Under the pieces are notes generated by a model, which did no database searches, was not told where the DNA came from, and saw only the letters and a program-made list of their open reading frames with translations. A stretch of 63,016 nt of DNA, counting the filler, from Globobulimina sp. (Eukaryota), in NCBI GenBank assembly GCA_003354225.1. It is 50 parts of 50 records of this genome, joined end to end, with 100 filler letters (N's around TTAATTAATTAA, not from the genome) between each part and the next. Parts side by side here need not be neighbours in the genome. Positions count along the whole stretch, not along the records: positions 37,883 to 39,044 come from PIVH01021955.1; positions 39,145 to 40,306 come from PIVH01021956.1; positions 40,407 to 41,568 come from PIVH01021957.1; positions 41,669 to 42,830 come from PIVH01021958.1; positions 42,931 to 44,092 come from PIVH01021959.1; positions 44,193 to 45,354 come from PIVH01021960.1; positions 45,455 to 46,616 come from PIVH01021961.1; positions 46,717 to 47,878 come from PIVH01021962.1; 42 more parts are not named here. One strand, written 5' to 3'. Shown in pieces: positions 38,290 to 50,730 of this stretch (position 1 is its first letter; every line of letters starts with the position of its first letter). Both the position numbers and the translations under genes were made by a program.

Positions 38290-38394
38290 CTTATATTGTA
38301 TTATATATTTTTTGTTATAATTTTAAATTTAGTTTGTTCTTCTTTAATACCGTTTTTGATTGAATAGTTAGGATCTGAATATATCAATAAACAA

Positions 38395-38611
38395 TACTTT
38401 CCCTGTAGATTGGTTTGGAAGGATTGGTTTTGAGATTTTGTATAATGGTTTGGATTTTTTTTATTTTAAACGCGTATAATTTGGCGTTTGTATGGGTTTG
38501 TATGAGTATGTATAAGGGTGGATTTTATTTGAGACGATTACTGTTGAGATTACTTTTAAAAATCTGAAAATCTCAAAACTGAACCCTCTGAACCAATCTA
38601 CAGGGAAAGTA
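38395..38611. mobile_element. MITE family A, copy 1 (TA-flanked, 19-bp perfect TIR CTTTCCCTGTAGATTGGTT)
   Basis: Perfect TIRs; near-identical second copy at 54717-54932 with different flanks. Confidence 0.95.
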
Positions 38612-38643
38612 ACAACAATTTGCAAAAGTAAAAAAAAACATAC

Positions 38644-39044
38644 TTTGGGCTTGAATATCTCAACAAAAGCATCCAATAAACCTCCTCTACCAAATCCAAA
38701 ATCGGCAATATGTTCAAAATTAGGTTTTATGTCCAAACCGACTTTACGGAAAAACCAATACACATAATTTGCGTGTCCCATTCCATTATCTACGCCGTCT
38801 ATATATGGTGGCCAGGGCTCCGGATATATTTCCGTCCAATTGGACCCATGAAAGCCTATGCTGCCCAGACTTTTCATGCCATTCAACCGTCGGAATTCAT
38901 TAACTAATTCAAATGCACCTGGCGCTAAATCTGCCGCTTCAATCCAGGAGTCATAGGCTGACGGCCCGTTTTTCCATCTTATCTTAAATTGAATGTCTCC
39001 ATCGTCGCATTCCTGTTTTTCATCCAAAATGCATTCCACATCAA
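38644..39044 (-). CDS. Chromodomain followed in frame by a class I SAM-dependent methyltransferase N-terminus; exon ends at a GTATGT donor
   Basis: VECILD...FKIRWKN.P..YDSWIEAADL...LVNEF, then IADFGFGRGGLL (motif I). Confidence 0.75.
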
Positions 39045-39144
39045 NNNNNNNNNNNNNNNNNNNNNNNNNNNNNNNNNNNNNNNNNNNNTTAATTAATTAA
39101 NNNNNNNNNNNNNNNNNNNNNNNNNNNNNNNNNNNNNNNNNNNN

Positions 39145-39855
39145 TCTGCGCTAAAAACACATTTATTGCCAACATCGGAGAAATACAACGAGCTTTCAAT
39201 GAATTTGGTATCCGCAGTTTTTGCATGCTTCTTAGAAGTTAACTCAATGTATACGAAGAAAAATTTGAATACAGTGCAAATCGCAAAATTTCTGAGCTAT
39301 TTACACTTTATTTGTAACGCAAGAATAACGAATCAAACAATCAATAAAATGCATGAATTACAAACAATCAATAAAATGAGAAGGGATATACCCAAAATAC
39401 AGGATGTTTATCAAACGAATTCTGAGAGAATGAAGAATGCAAACAATAAATCTATGGATATCTTACAACAACAATCAACTAAATATGTTCAGACTGCATT
39501 GCGGAATTTGTTGGTTTCCAAAAAAAGAAATCTTGAATTTTGGCGTCTGTTTTTGTTACAAATGAGTGAGTTCTGTGAGATATCGATGGATGAAATGAAT
39601 ACAATGAGAATGTTTAATGTTACATGGTCTGAACAACACAATCCTATACAATATGGGAAAGAGTTAATTATATCGGATATATTGGAAAATTATTTTTTGA
39701 GGACCAATAATCAGCAGTTAAATTTACATGTAATCCCTCACAATTTTGAGTTTGTTCGGTCGCTGATTCCAAGCATAACTGCCAAATTGAATCATGGTTG
39801 GAATCTAAGTGTGAATGCCTTGACGTTGACAAAACTAATTAATTATATATACTGA
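39145..39855 (+). CDS. Uncharacterised protein fragment
   Basis: About 230 codons open. Confidence 0.45.
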   Translation, partial: SALKTHLLPTSEKYNELSMNLVSAVFACFLEVNSMYTKKNLNTVQIAKFLSYLHFICNARITNQTINKMHELQTINKMRRDIPKIQDVYQTNSERMKNANNKSMDILQQQSTKYVQTALRNLLVSKKRNLEFWRLFLLQMSEFCEISMDEMNTMRMFNVTWSEQHNPIQYGKELIISDILENYFLRTNNQQLNLHVIPHNFEFVRSLIPSITAKLNHGWNLSVNALTLTKLINYIY

Positions 39856-40657
39856 TAATTTCGATTTTCTTTTCCCAATAACTTTCATTAATTCACCGTT
39901 TGTTTTTGATTCCCAATAACTTTGAGTGATTTTTGATTGTTTGTCTTATTTCTATCTTTAGAAAACTTTTTTATTTCCTGACGAAGACGTCGAATTTTTA
40001 CCCTTGTTTGAAAATAACCTCATCAATAATACTGATAATATAATAACTTAAATTTGTATGCATTTAATACCCATACAAACAGTGAAATTAATTAAAGGAT
40101 CGTATCCGGCACCACCCGCAAAAGCTAAGTTTTCCTTACCATACAGTGATGATTTCGAGTCATGCAGATATGGTGAGAGATGGTGGTCAACCACAAGCAA
40201 AATATTTTAGCGATCAAGCTGGATCGTTTGCGGTTACACAAGCTTTAAAACAGAGCATTGGGCACTATGCATTTGAACAAATGGTTCCATTTTCTCCATC
40301 GGATAANNNNNNNNNNNNNNNNNNNNNNNNNNNNNNNNNNNNNNNNNNNNTTAATTAATTAANNNNNNNNNNNNNNNNNNNNNNNNNNNNNNNNNNNNNN
40401 NNNNNNGTCGATAAGTTGTATACATTTTATTCAATTATCTGAGAAACGCTTTGCAAATCCAGAACAAAGTCAGAACAAATTTATAATATTGAATTTTCGG
40501 TATACAAGGAGGCGGGTTATCTTTTGGAATATCGTTTAGATGGAAGTGTGGAGAAAGAAAAAACTTTGAGAGTGGTATATAATAATTATTAGCTAAAATT
40601 CACAAACAACAAAGTTTAGATACGGATTATGAACCAAAACTATCGCATTTCAATTTT

Positions 40658-41568
40658 TTATTTTATATTTCTAACAACATCATCAATTGCTTTAGCAATA
40701 TAAATAACATTTGATGATGAAACACCAGCCATTGATATCCGACCATTTGATAATAAATAAATATGATGTTTGTTAATCATAACATCGACTTGTTTTTCTG
40801 TTAAACCCGTAAATGTAAACATTCCAATTTGATCTGTAATATGATTCCACGTACCCGGTGTCCCTTGTTTCTCCAAACTAGCCCGTAAGCGAGCTCTCAT
40901 CGCCATAATCCGCCCACTCATTGCCTTCATCTCCTTTTTCCATGCATCATAATTCTCGGCATTGGATAATATTGCTTTCGCAATTCTGGCGCCATGCGCT
41001 GGCGGATTGCTATACATTGGCCGTATAATGGCGCATAACTGAGTCATACATGCTTTTGCCGCCACTGCTGATGACGTTATAATCGAAGCACATCCGGCTC
41101 GCTCGCAGTATAAACCCATATTTTTGGCAAATGACTGCGCCAACATTATATTCTTGATTCCCCCACTATTTCGAAAGTACCGTGGCCCGAATGCATCGCG
41201 AGCACAATCACCTAATTATGCAACATGGTGAATTGCAATGGATGCAAACTACAGCATTTCATGGGTAAAAACAAGCGCATTTTACGCATGAATGCAGTTT
41301 GCATCTATTGCAGTAACACATATATTGCATCAAAAATATGTATACCAGATGCAAAGCCTTGATATGCACTGTCAAATAACACGGCACATTCTTGTTTGCG
41401 CACAGCATCACAAATTTCTTTCCATTGCTCGTCTGTAGGGTCGACTCCTATGTATATCATATCGGTAAAAAGTAAAAACGCATATTTTATATATCAAAAA
41501 CAAGTATATTCCACCTGTTGGATTATGAGCCACTGCATGGAATAAAACAACTGAATTCTTTGGAATGC
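40658..41568 (-). CDS. Aspartate aminotransferase (class I, GOT-type), C-terminal half; introns 41448-41514 and 41212-41345
   Basis: [59 protein letters not shown]. Confidence 0.97.
41234..41312. mobile_element. Small hairpin element inside an aminotransferase intron
   Basis: TGCAATGGATGCAAACT and AGTTTGCATCTATTGCA arms plus inner complementary blocks; this intron is about twice the usual length. Confidence 0.6.
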
Positions 41569-41669
41569 NNNNNNNNNNNNNNNNNNNNNNNNNNNNNNNN
41601 NNNNNNNNNNNNTTAATTAATTAANNNNNNNNNNNNNNNNNNNNNNNNNNNNNNNNNNNNNNNNNNNNG

Positions 41670-42012
41670 GCAGGAATTAGTTATTTAAGATATTGCAATA
41701 TATGTGCTCGTGCGACAAGACAATCGTAGAAAGAGCCACTACGCTCAGATCAAATTCTTAAAACTGATTTATGGAGATATTCTTGGATGAAATATAATAA
41801 AAAAAATGAAATGTCAACAGGTTGATGCATTGTTTGTTTTGTTTTGTTTAATTTGACATTTTAACGCAAAATCGCAAAATACATATAATAATTTTTGGAA
41901 TGGGAAAGATGTTATGACCAATTATGAAGATCAGGAGAGAATAAAATTGGAAGAATATGTGAGTGTTAATAAACATATATTGGATCCACCTGAAGCGGCG
42001 GAGGCAAAGTGA
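41670..42012 (+). CDS. Mitochondrial ATP synthase epsilon subunit-like gene with an in-frame TAG at 41727-41729; intron 41821-41908
   Basis: AGISYLRYCNICARATRQS*KEPLR matches the family pattern AGLSYxRYxxICAxAVRxxLKE. Confidence 0.7.
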
Positions 42013-42220
42013 TAGTTATTGAGCAAAAATGTGTGAATGAATGTGTTTATCGAAGGATTTGTTAATATTCAACAAACATATAACAAACAATTATAATGAA
42101 TTGAATTTCGTAATAAGTCCTCTGCGATATCACTATGACCCTATCCTTGCACTCACTGTTTATGAGCAAATTATAGATTAAAAAACAGCTTAACGAAAAC
42201 ATTTTTTTATTTCCAATAAC

Positions 42221-42830
42221 ATGGCTCGTTCAAAACCAAACTGCAAATTTACTAGATTAATATTAATAGCATTTATCATTAATATTGTATTTTATATGCT
42301 ATTTTTGTCCAAGCCATTTGGTGATGTACTGGTTGACTCCGATATTAATATTTTCACTTCAATCAATATCCCATCCAATTATTCCAATACAAACAGTTCC
42401 AAAACCATGCGATTTCAAGTTTTTCAACCATATCTGCAACAAGACAATGTTACTGAGTATGCGCGATTAATTCATGCCATCCAATCCATTAAATCATGGG
42501 ATTATATCCACGATAATATAAACACGATAAGAGACACAATAAAATACAAGAAAACAAACCATTCATTTAATATGTGATACTTTTTATTCTTCAAAAATCT
42601 TAATAGGTTCTCACCATAAGACAGGCACAGTGTTGCTTGATTGGCAACTAACTCAACAAGGACTTAAATACTATCTTCAGGATCAATGCGATTGGGATAA
42701 ATTCCCTCAATATTTCGGAGTTTTTGCGAGATTTTATAAAATGAATTATCATTTAACTCATACATCAATTCAATGGTTCCTCAATCAAACGATTGTGGAA
42801 AATATAAGACGCAACCATCGATATCAAGAG
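42221..42830 (+). CDS. Type II membrane protein N-terminus (Golgi glycosyltransferase-like topology), with a short intron
   Basis: Short basic tail, one TM helix, N-glycosylation-rich stem. Confidence 0.45.
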
Positions 42831-42945
42831 NNNNNNNNNNNNNNNNNNNNNNNNNNNNNNNNNNNNNNNNNNNNTTAATTAATTAANNNNNNNNNNNNNN
42901 NNNNNNNNNNNNNNNNNNNNNNNNNNNNNNTTATGAATTAATTAA

Positions 42946-43283
42946 TTTAGCCCAAGAAACCGCATTCTTCAGTTGGATTCCACTTTCTATCATCGGCAAA
43001 ATAATTCCCACAGCACCACAATCACACGCGCGTTTTATATCCTTTGGGTGACATTTTAACGCATGTCACATCGGCGAGGCCTAATGGTTCAAATCCGAGT
43101 TTAACGAATGCTGATTCGACGAAAATATTTTTCGACGGTGTGATATCTGCAGTGGATATATTTGCATTCAATTTGAAATCAAACGAATTTACAGATTTAT
43201 GATAACCATCAGCTACAAATATCCGATTAGTCGCAGTGTCAATTGCTGCATTTTCAGAGCCAGGAACATCTTTAATTGCACAT
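42946..43283 (-). other. Two unrelated coding fragments abutting: a beta-propeller-like segment and an HpcH/HpaI aldolase-like segment
   Basis: GSENAAIDTATNRIFVAD...VTCVKMSPKG, then in another frame DIKRACDCGAVGIILPMIESG..LKNAVSWAK. Confidence 0.55.
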
Positions 43284-43685
43284 TAAAGTAATTTTAGAGT
43301 AATAATTATGTCATATTACCACTCAAAACACGAACAATCAAACCCAGCAATGGTGTTCTGTTTTTGTTCAGTAGTTTGTTGTGTTTTTATTGTACCGAAC
43401 CAAACAAAACGCGAACATTTGTTTGATATTTGTCATGCTTTGACCGATAATATTGCTTTTTAGAATAAAATATACCGGCCAGTATTTGGAATATATAGCC
43501 TTCCAATTTGATTTAAAACTCGAGCATTAATGATACTGTATATTAATGATTGGATGACTAAAAGATACATTGAATATTCAATATTGTATAAACTATTATA
43601 ATTTTAGTGTTCAGAACTTTGTGTGGTGTTTTTTTTTATTGATTATCTACTCAACTGAAGTCTACTTAGTCTAGCAAAGTGAACC

Positions 43686-44092
43686 ATGGCAACGAAAGTT
43701 GAAGAACATTTAACTCAGCGTGAATCTGCCTATCCGATGGTCGCTGTGGGTACCGCACTAAAAACGATTTTGAATGAGGTTGATTCAGCCGCATCGTCGA
43801 TCTGTTATGCGCGTTTGAATGAATGTGGTGGTCGTATTTTAAGCAAAGATGTGTATTCAAACATTGACTTACCACGCTGTGCCACCTCCATAATGGATGG
43901 ATATGCGTTAAATTACGGCTTAAATGGTGGCAGCATCGAGAATAATATTTTCAAAGTGGTCAACACGGTGACTGCGGGAAATGAAGTTGCGAGTGGAGGG
44001 AAATTGGGGAAAGGGGAAGTAATATATGTGACGACAGGGAGTGCATTGTCGATGAAGGCGGACTGTGTGGTAAAGATCGAAGACACCAAAGT
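43686..44092 (+). CDS. Molybdopterin molybdotransferase (MoeA / gephyrin-CNX1 E domain), N-terminus
   Basis: RES.YPMV.V..AL, GRILSKDV....LP....SIMDGYA, YVTTGSAL...ADCVVKIED. Confidence 0.92.
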
Positions 44093-44192
44093 NNNNNNNN
44101 NNNNNNNNNNNNNNNNNNNNNNNNNNNNNNNNNNNNTTAATTAATTAANNNNNNNNNNNNNNNNNNNNNNNNNNNNNNNNNNNNNNNNNNNN

Positions 44193-45354
44193 GCATTCCA
44201 ACGACACAAGCAACCGTTTCTACCATTCATATGAACAAAACATGGTTTATTCTCCATTATACTAATGGTGATGTATTGTGTTATAATAAAATGGAAACCT
44301 TCATTGGTGGAAACCTTGGTGACGGGCAGTGGAAACCTTCATTTGATTCACTGCCTTGTAAGAATATACAATCGTTGTTAATAACTTCGGTCAAAACAAG
44401 CACTCGCTATAACCACACAGAAACTGCGATATTTATGATCCATAATTTCGAATTAAAATACTTTAATGCCAACAGTCATAATCTAATACATTGCAAATTC
44501 ATTGATTCGCTCAATAATGAGATCAAAATACAGGTTACAAAGGTATACAGTGTGAAAGATGCGCATTATACTTCTTTGTATTTATATATTTTATCCAAAG
44601 CAGGAGAAATTTATATAATATCACAAAAAATTTCTGAATGTAAATTTGATGCACAATGCCTTGAAGTAAGAACAGAGAAATTGAAGCTGGAATATTTGGG
44701 CCATATCAGTTATATGACTGTCATCAATCAAATCGTTTGCAGACCAGATGCAAAAATATTATTTGTGGTTGCTTCCAATGGATTGGTATATTTTAAATGT
44801 GACAGTACATATTATGATGCGGAGCCATTGTTATATAAACAATATAAACAAGTTCCAAGTGATGCAGATAGAAATAGGCTGTGTTTGTTTCGTTTATTTT
44901 ATAAAAATGACAAAGAATATATTAGAATGCAGCAAATTGGATTGGGCCAACATTGGGCTGTCGCATTGAGTGCAATGGGTAACATTTATTGTTGGGGCAG
45001 CGATCCTGCATTAACTTGTGGACGCGCCCACATTCCGTCAAAATTGAAATTCTCAATCAATGAAAACGAAGAAATTAAAGTTGAATATGGATATTTAAGT
45101 GTTGCAGAGGAAAAAGAGAAAGATGAGATAAAGTTTGATGAGGTTGTATGTGGCCATAGGAATAGTTTTATAATAGCAAATAAAGAAAATATTTGTGTCG
45201 GTTGGTCATCAGATAAATATTATAAGAAATATCTAAATGAACCCAAACGAATGAGCATTATTGAAAGATTTATGGAATGTAATAAATATGTAAAACTAAT
45301 GTCCGTTCATGACAAAACGTTTGTTTTTGTGCAGCATTATTATTTATGTTTGAA
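44193..45354 (+). CDS. RCC1-like repeat protein fragment
   Basis: QIGLGQHWAVALSAMGNIYCWGSD; EVVCGHRNSFII. Confidence 0.7.
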
Positions 45355-45454
45355 NNNNNNNNNNNNNNNNNNNNNNNNNNNNNNNNNNNNNNNNNNNNTT
45401 AATTAATTAANNNNNNNNNNNNNNNNNNNNNNNNNNNNNNNNNNNNNNNNNNNN

Positions 45455-45795
45455 TGATTGGAGCCATTCCCGGCGAATTAGCACGGTGCGCATCGCAGAA
45501 AAGGTTTGATTTGCTGTTTGAGAAAGATTTGACGCTAAAAATTAAGGATGCAAATAAATCGCAGATGCAGTCAAAATTGTTGGCTCATTATTTTACGTTG
45601 AATAGTTTGGATCATTTACATTTGTTGTCGTTTATTAAAAAATGTTTGCGATGGAAAGCAAATGAAAGAATCAAAAGTTATCGATTTGATAAACATAAAT
45701 ACTTTGAGTTTGTTGAGAATATATTGACTCATTCACATGGACCAAATGAGCAGAACACTGGCATTGTATTATCAGCGCCAACAACCAATAAATAA
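45455..45795 (+). CDS. Protein kinase C-terminal end (SRPK/CMGC-like subdomains X-XI)
   Basis: IGAIP...LLSFIKKCLRWKANER.......HKYF. Confidence 0.65.
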
Positions 45796-46074
45796 TATTT
45801 TTTCTCACTTTCCTTTTTTTTTTCTCCATTTAGTGTTATATATTTTTGATGTGTAATTATTATTGGATGTCAAATTATGAATTATCACTTAATTTTATTA
45901 TTTTATCAAATATTTGTCCTCTTTGCAGTATGACTTTTTTTTATGATGACTAGGATGAAAATCTTCTTCGATTTTTCCAATTTCGTTGCTATCAGATCAG
46001 ATTTCTAGACACTGGTATCAGAAAGCAGTATTTCTATGTTTTTAATATATATTATGATAAAAAGTTAGAAGAAA

Positions 46075-46616
46075 TCACAGACTTCTATTCACACAACAAA
46101 ATACAGTATCACACATGTACCGCATGTTGGAACCGGTTTGTATGCATTTGTGTGCCCAAAACTGTCTCCAATTTCTTTCCGGAATGCATATATGACAGCA
46201 ATCACAACAGCAACAGCATGTAATGGCTGGCCCGACCACTGCTGTTAATAAACTACCTATACTGACCACAATACTATGTACAAATCCGCATGGATAACAA
46301 CAGAAATTGGAACCTCTTGACCAGTCAACACAGCACCAAGCCCATGTTATTACATTTTCTATTTCTTGACACCATGCAGCAATACAACCATTCCCAATAT
46401 CAGCCCTATTTTTAATGCTTTCAATGCATTCCAAATATCTACTTGAACAATTAATGTTTTCACCAAATGGTACATTGACAACGTCAACATGTGATGGAGT
46501 TGGCTGGCCTGAGATTGTTGCTCTTTCTTTCAATTTCATTGCTTTTTTTGTTCTGCAAAGAGGACATGCTACGTTTGTCCCATGTCGATATAATAAATTT
46601 GTCCAACATTCCATAC
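46075..46616 (-). CDS. RING finger end followed by a Cys-rich membrane region
   Basis: CxxCW....CPLCR; CCCCCDCC. Confidence 0.6.
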
Positions 46617-46716
46617 NNNNNNNNNNNNNNNNNNNNNNNNNNNNNNNNNNNNNNNNNNNNTTAATTAATTAANNNNNNNNNNNNNNNNNNNNNNNNNNNN
46701 NNNNNNNNNNNNNNNN

Positions 46717-47661
46717 ATTATCTTTTTTTTCCTCGATGGTCACATTTAAAATCTTTTTAAATGCATTTAAATCATTAATGCGCCCACTTAATTCAGCTAA
46801 ATATAATTCATTTCGTTGTAATAATCGCTCTTGATTTTGTATAATAAAATCTTTTAATAAAGTTAATAAGCCCTCCCATTTGGAATTATTTTCAAGCACA
46901 ACGTCATTGGATATCTGCCCCGGTCCTTTATAGCCACTCATCGCGTCACCACATTGAAAAGCATGTCTCTCTTCACATTTATCCACCAAATCTTGCATTA
47001 TTTCATAGCTAATCTTCCCTTCTTCGATCTCTTTGATTGTGTTCAATTCGTTGGTTCGCTGTCGCATTTCGTCACAAATGGCGGCAAATTCTGACGCATC
47101 GGGACTATTAATGATGAATTGAGTGATGGCATAGATCTCGTCCTGCCACGCTTTATTAATTGCGGCGACATTGCCATCTGACAATACACAAAAAATAGAA
47201 TGTATAAATGTATGATACATAATATAAACTGAACTGTAATTAATTTGTTGAAGGGATTGTTGAAAGGATTGATGTCTTGCAATTATATTATTTAATAAAT
47301 CAGTAAATTGTTGTTGATTGCCTTTATTTTTGGTGTAAAATGAATTGATTTGTTTCATATCTTGTGTTTTTTTGTTGGATTCAGTTTTAAATTCATCCCT
47401 TTGTTGATCAGATAAATTTATATCTTGTTTGAGTTCAGTTTGTAATTGTTTTTCTGCGGCAATTTGCCGTTTTAATTCAGCAATTTGATATTCCATATTA
47501 CCGGCTAAACGCACAAATTTAGTACTGATTTCTTCGCGAATTGTATTTAATTCATCGCCAACGATTAAAAATTCAATGGTGTCATCTTTTGGTCGTTTGT
47601 TTATTTTATATCTTCCTTGGTTTTGTTGGTTTTGTTGGTTTTGTTGGTTTTGGTATGCCAT
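46717..47661 (-). CDS. Coiled-coil protein with N-terminal QNQ repeats, 3' partial
   Basis: Likely start MAYQNQQNQQNQ; heptad-rich. Confidence 0.55.
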
Positions 47662-47978
47662 CACAAACAGGATTTTTATATTTAACCACAAAAACCTTTT
47701 TTTTTTCTCAACATTTCTTAAAAACAGTCGTTCTTCGGTAACATGGCGATGTATACAAGCCAACAGGATCATGATCAGCTTTTATCCAAAACTAAAACTA
47801 AAACTAATTATAAATCAGTTCTATTCATATCAGCTGCTGTCATTATTGTAATCATTATAACCGCTCTCATATTATTATNNNNNNNNNNNNNNNNNNNNNN
47901 NNNNNNNNNNNNNNNNNNNNNNTTAATTAATTAANNNNNNNNNNNNNNNNNNNNNNNNNNNNNNNNNNNNNNNNNNNN

Positions 47979-48660
47979 ATGATCGATTGTTCTTCTTTTT
48001 TGCCGCCTTTCTGATGGGTGCATTTTTTTTCTTGTTTGAAGTCGTATCCATATTAATTTCAGTGTCGGTGGATTTAGATTTTGCGTGCGCCGCTTTGTTC
48101 ATTCTAGCTATATGTCGATCCATTGAACTATTGGTCACTTTGAGCGATTTCTGCGTGCCTTTTTTTTTAGTTTTGGCCTGATTTGCGGCTCTTTTCTTTG
48201 GTGTCTGTTTGGGTGTTTTTTTAGGCGCTGGCTTTGATTTCTTTTTCTTTTTGGAATTACTTATTTTGTTGGTAATAGAAGTGGGATTGGCTCGCTTTTT
48301 GGTGGGTAGTCCCGTGGTCGAATGCGATTTTTGTTTGCCAGAGGCTAATTTAATGTGTTTGACCCAGTCTTTCATCTCATTCTCAGAGGACGCTAAAAAA
48401 ATACGTGAGTCATTGGGTGAGGACAACTCAAACTGTCCGCATTTCCCATCGGATGATTTTTTGGCTTTGTTATAGATTCTTAAGTCAAAGATTTCGGTGG
48501 GATTTTCATACTCTTTCTCCTCTTTGAAGGAATATAACATATATCCATGCAACACCATCCATCGCTTTCTGTAGGTTTTCCAAAATGAGGATTGCTTTTC
48601 TAAATATCCTTCCTTTTTGGGTTTCTTTATTTTGGGTTTTTGTATATTGCTAGACGCCAT
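47979..48660 (-). CDS. PH-domain protein with a Lys-rich tail, 3' partial
   Basis: KEGYLEKQS...RKRWMVL...LYSFK...F.ASSENEMKDWVKHI. Confidence 0.92.
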
Positions 48661-49240
48661 GAATAAAGAAACTTAAATTTGATGTTGGATAGAAAGTTTT
48701 TTACATTTTCATCAGAAATCATCTCTTCTTTCATTTAAAGCAATATTAATTGAAGTAAATAGGTCCATCAATTGGTTCCAATCGAAACACGCAATTTTTG
48801 CATTGAATTGAAATCGGGAAAATGTCGAACATGTCGAAATCGGATAGTCAATCATTAATCTTCGCGATTCAAAAAAGAAATAATGAACGGGAAGAATTGA
48901 ATGCTGAATATGAGGTATTTTAATTATTTTTAATAAAATTTGAAACCAAGGCAGCCAATCGTATATCGTACATATTTGTTGATATAATACATAGAGAGAT
49001 ATCGAAGCGATGGCTGTATTAATTGAGACATTAAATGCTCGAATAGATGACGTTAAGGTGAGAGCAAGAAGAAATTGTCAAATTCTTGATGCAAAACAAA
49101 AACAACAATTTGAAAAATTACAGAAAATTGTTGATCAATGNNNNNNNNNNNNNNNNNNNNNNNNNNNNNNNNNNNNNNNNNNNNTTAATTAATTAANNNN
49201 NNNNNNNNNNNNNNNNNNNNNNNNNNNNNNNNNNNNNNNN

Positions 49241-50186
49241 AAATAATTCGCACCCAATGTGCACCCTCCAGCTATATACAAAAAAAAAAACACATATCCA
49301 ACCGCGCAAATTCGCAACACACACAATTCAAATACCTATGGATATAACGGGAGGAAATCCAGTCAATTTCGTGTCCACTTTGCCGTCGGCTTTGGCCGCC
49401 AACGAACATTTATCGCTCAACTTTCTGTAGCACGTAAACGAATATTCCATGCCATTCGACTCGTTATCCGGTGTACTAATTATACCCATTAACTGTGCGA
49501 ATTTGCGTATTTTACACACACACATTATATGTCTTAACTATATGACAGAATATTGAGTGTCTTTGGTGGGTTTGTAAAGGAAGCCCAATGTATACGACTT
49601 GACCCTGGCATTGACGCCTTCGAATGGAGAGTCATTCTTCGCTTTGTCCTCAATGGTAATGTCGCCGCCCACGCATAAATTCAACTGATCGTCGCCGACA
49701 GCAAACTCCCCCTTGGTTACGCAGACACGGCTGCCATTCGAGTCCGGTGCGTAATAGCCGCTCACTTTGGTGTTGTAGAAGGAATTGGCGGCACTCGACG
49801 ACGGCCGGTATTTCGCCTTGACCTCAACGTCGTTGTTGCTATGCTCCGATTCGAGCGAGATGTTGCCATAAATCTTGGGCATTTTTATTTTGATATTCAA
49901 GCCTTTGCGTAAATCTTCGCTTAATTCGATCTCGCGGTTGTTGGCTGTTTTTAAGGTGGCTACGAATTTGGGTTTGACTCTGCCGTCGTTGCCGGTGCTG
50001 ATCTTGGTCTTTAATCGGATGTCATCGCAGCATTTGTTTGAAATTTCGACCACTTGACCTAACGCGTATTTATCCCGTTTGAAATAGTCTTTTTTTGTTG
50101 GTATTTTGGGGGTTTGTTTTGGTTTAGTTTTGGCTGTGCAAACCTTTGGTTTTCTTGGTGAAATCTGAGAAAAATGGAACTGACAT
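49241..50186 (-). CDS. Eukaryotic porin (VDAC-like), divergent; introns 50089-50143 and 49476-49538, third donor near 49336
   Basis: Spliced start MSVPFFSDFTKKTKDYFKRDKY fits the VDAC N-terminal helix; alternating beta-strand pattern follows. Confidence 0.7.
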
Positions 50187-50730
50187 TGTTGGATTTAATG
50201 GGCTCCAATTTAATATGGGATGATACTGCCAAGCAACACGAAGGAATGAAGTATATTTCAGTTGTAACAAGAAAAATTTTGATAGAAATAATAATAATTA
50301 AAAAAAAAACACAACGAACATATAGCAATTTTAAACAGTTTTTTTAATACACAATGTTTCTTCACATTGTCCGGGACGATCGGATCGTTTATAAGTAATT
50401 TGNNNNNNNNNNNNNNNNNNNNNNNNNNNNNNNNNNNNNNNNNNNNTTAATTAATTAANNNNNNNNNNNNNNNNNNNNNNNNNNNNNNNNNNNNNNNNNN
50501 NNGAGGGCTTTGGGAGTGGCGATGGTGTTGTTGTCAGACAGGTTTTGATTGCTTAGGGTTTAGTTTTGGGTATTTTCTGTTGTCTTTTTTTTGTCGTTCA
50601 GTTTCGGAAACTCCAAATACAATAACGGTCAGACCGACGAATTAAGAGAGGATTAGTAATATAAGGATTATTACTGTTGTGTTCATTTAGTCACACATGA
50701 CACGAGTGATATATATGCAGCGAAGTAAAG

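Noticed and set aside
38461..38643. C-terminal part of the 192-aa ORF
   Set aside because: Read-through into the intron and MITE after the GTATGT donor
20209..44092. Nitrogen-metabolism cluster (Amt, aminotransferase, MoeA)
   Set aside because: The genes are on separate unlinked contigs
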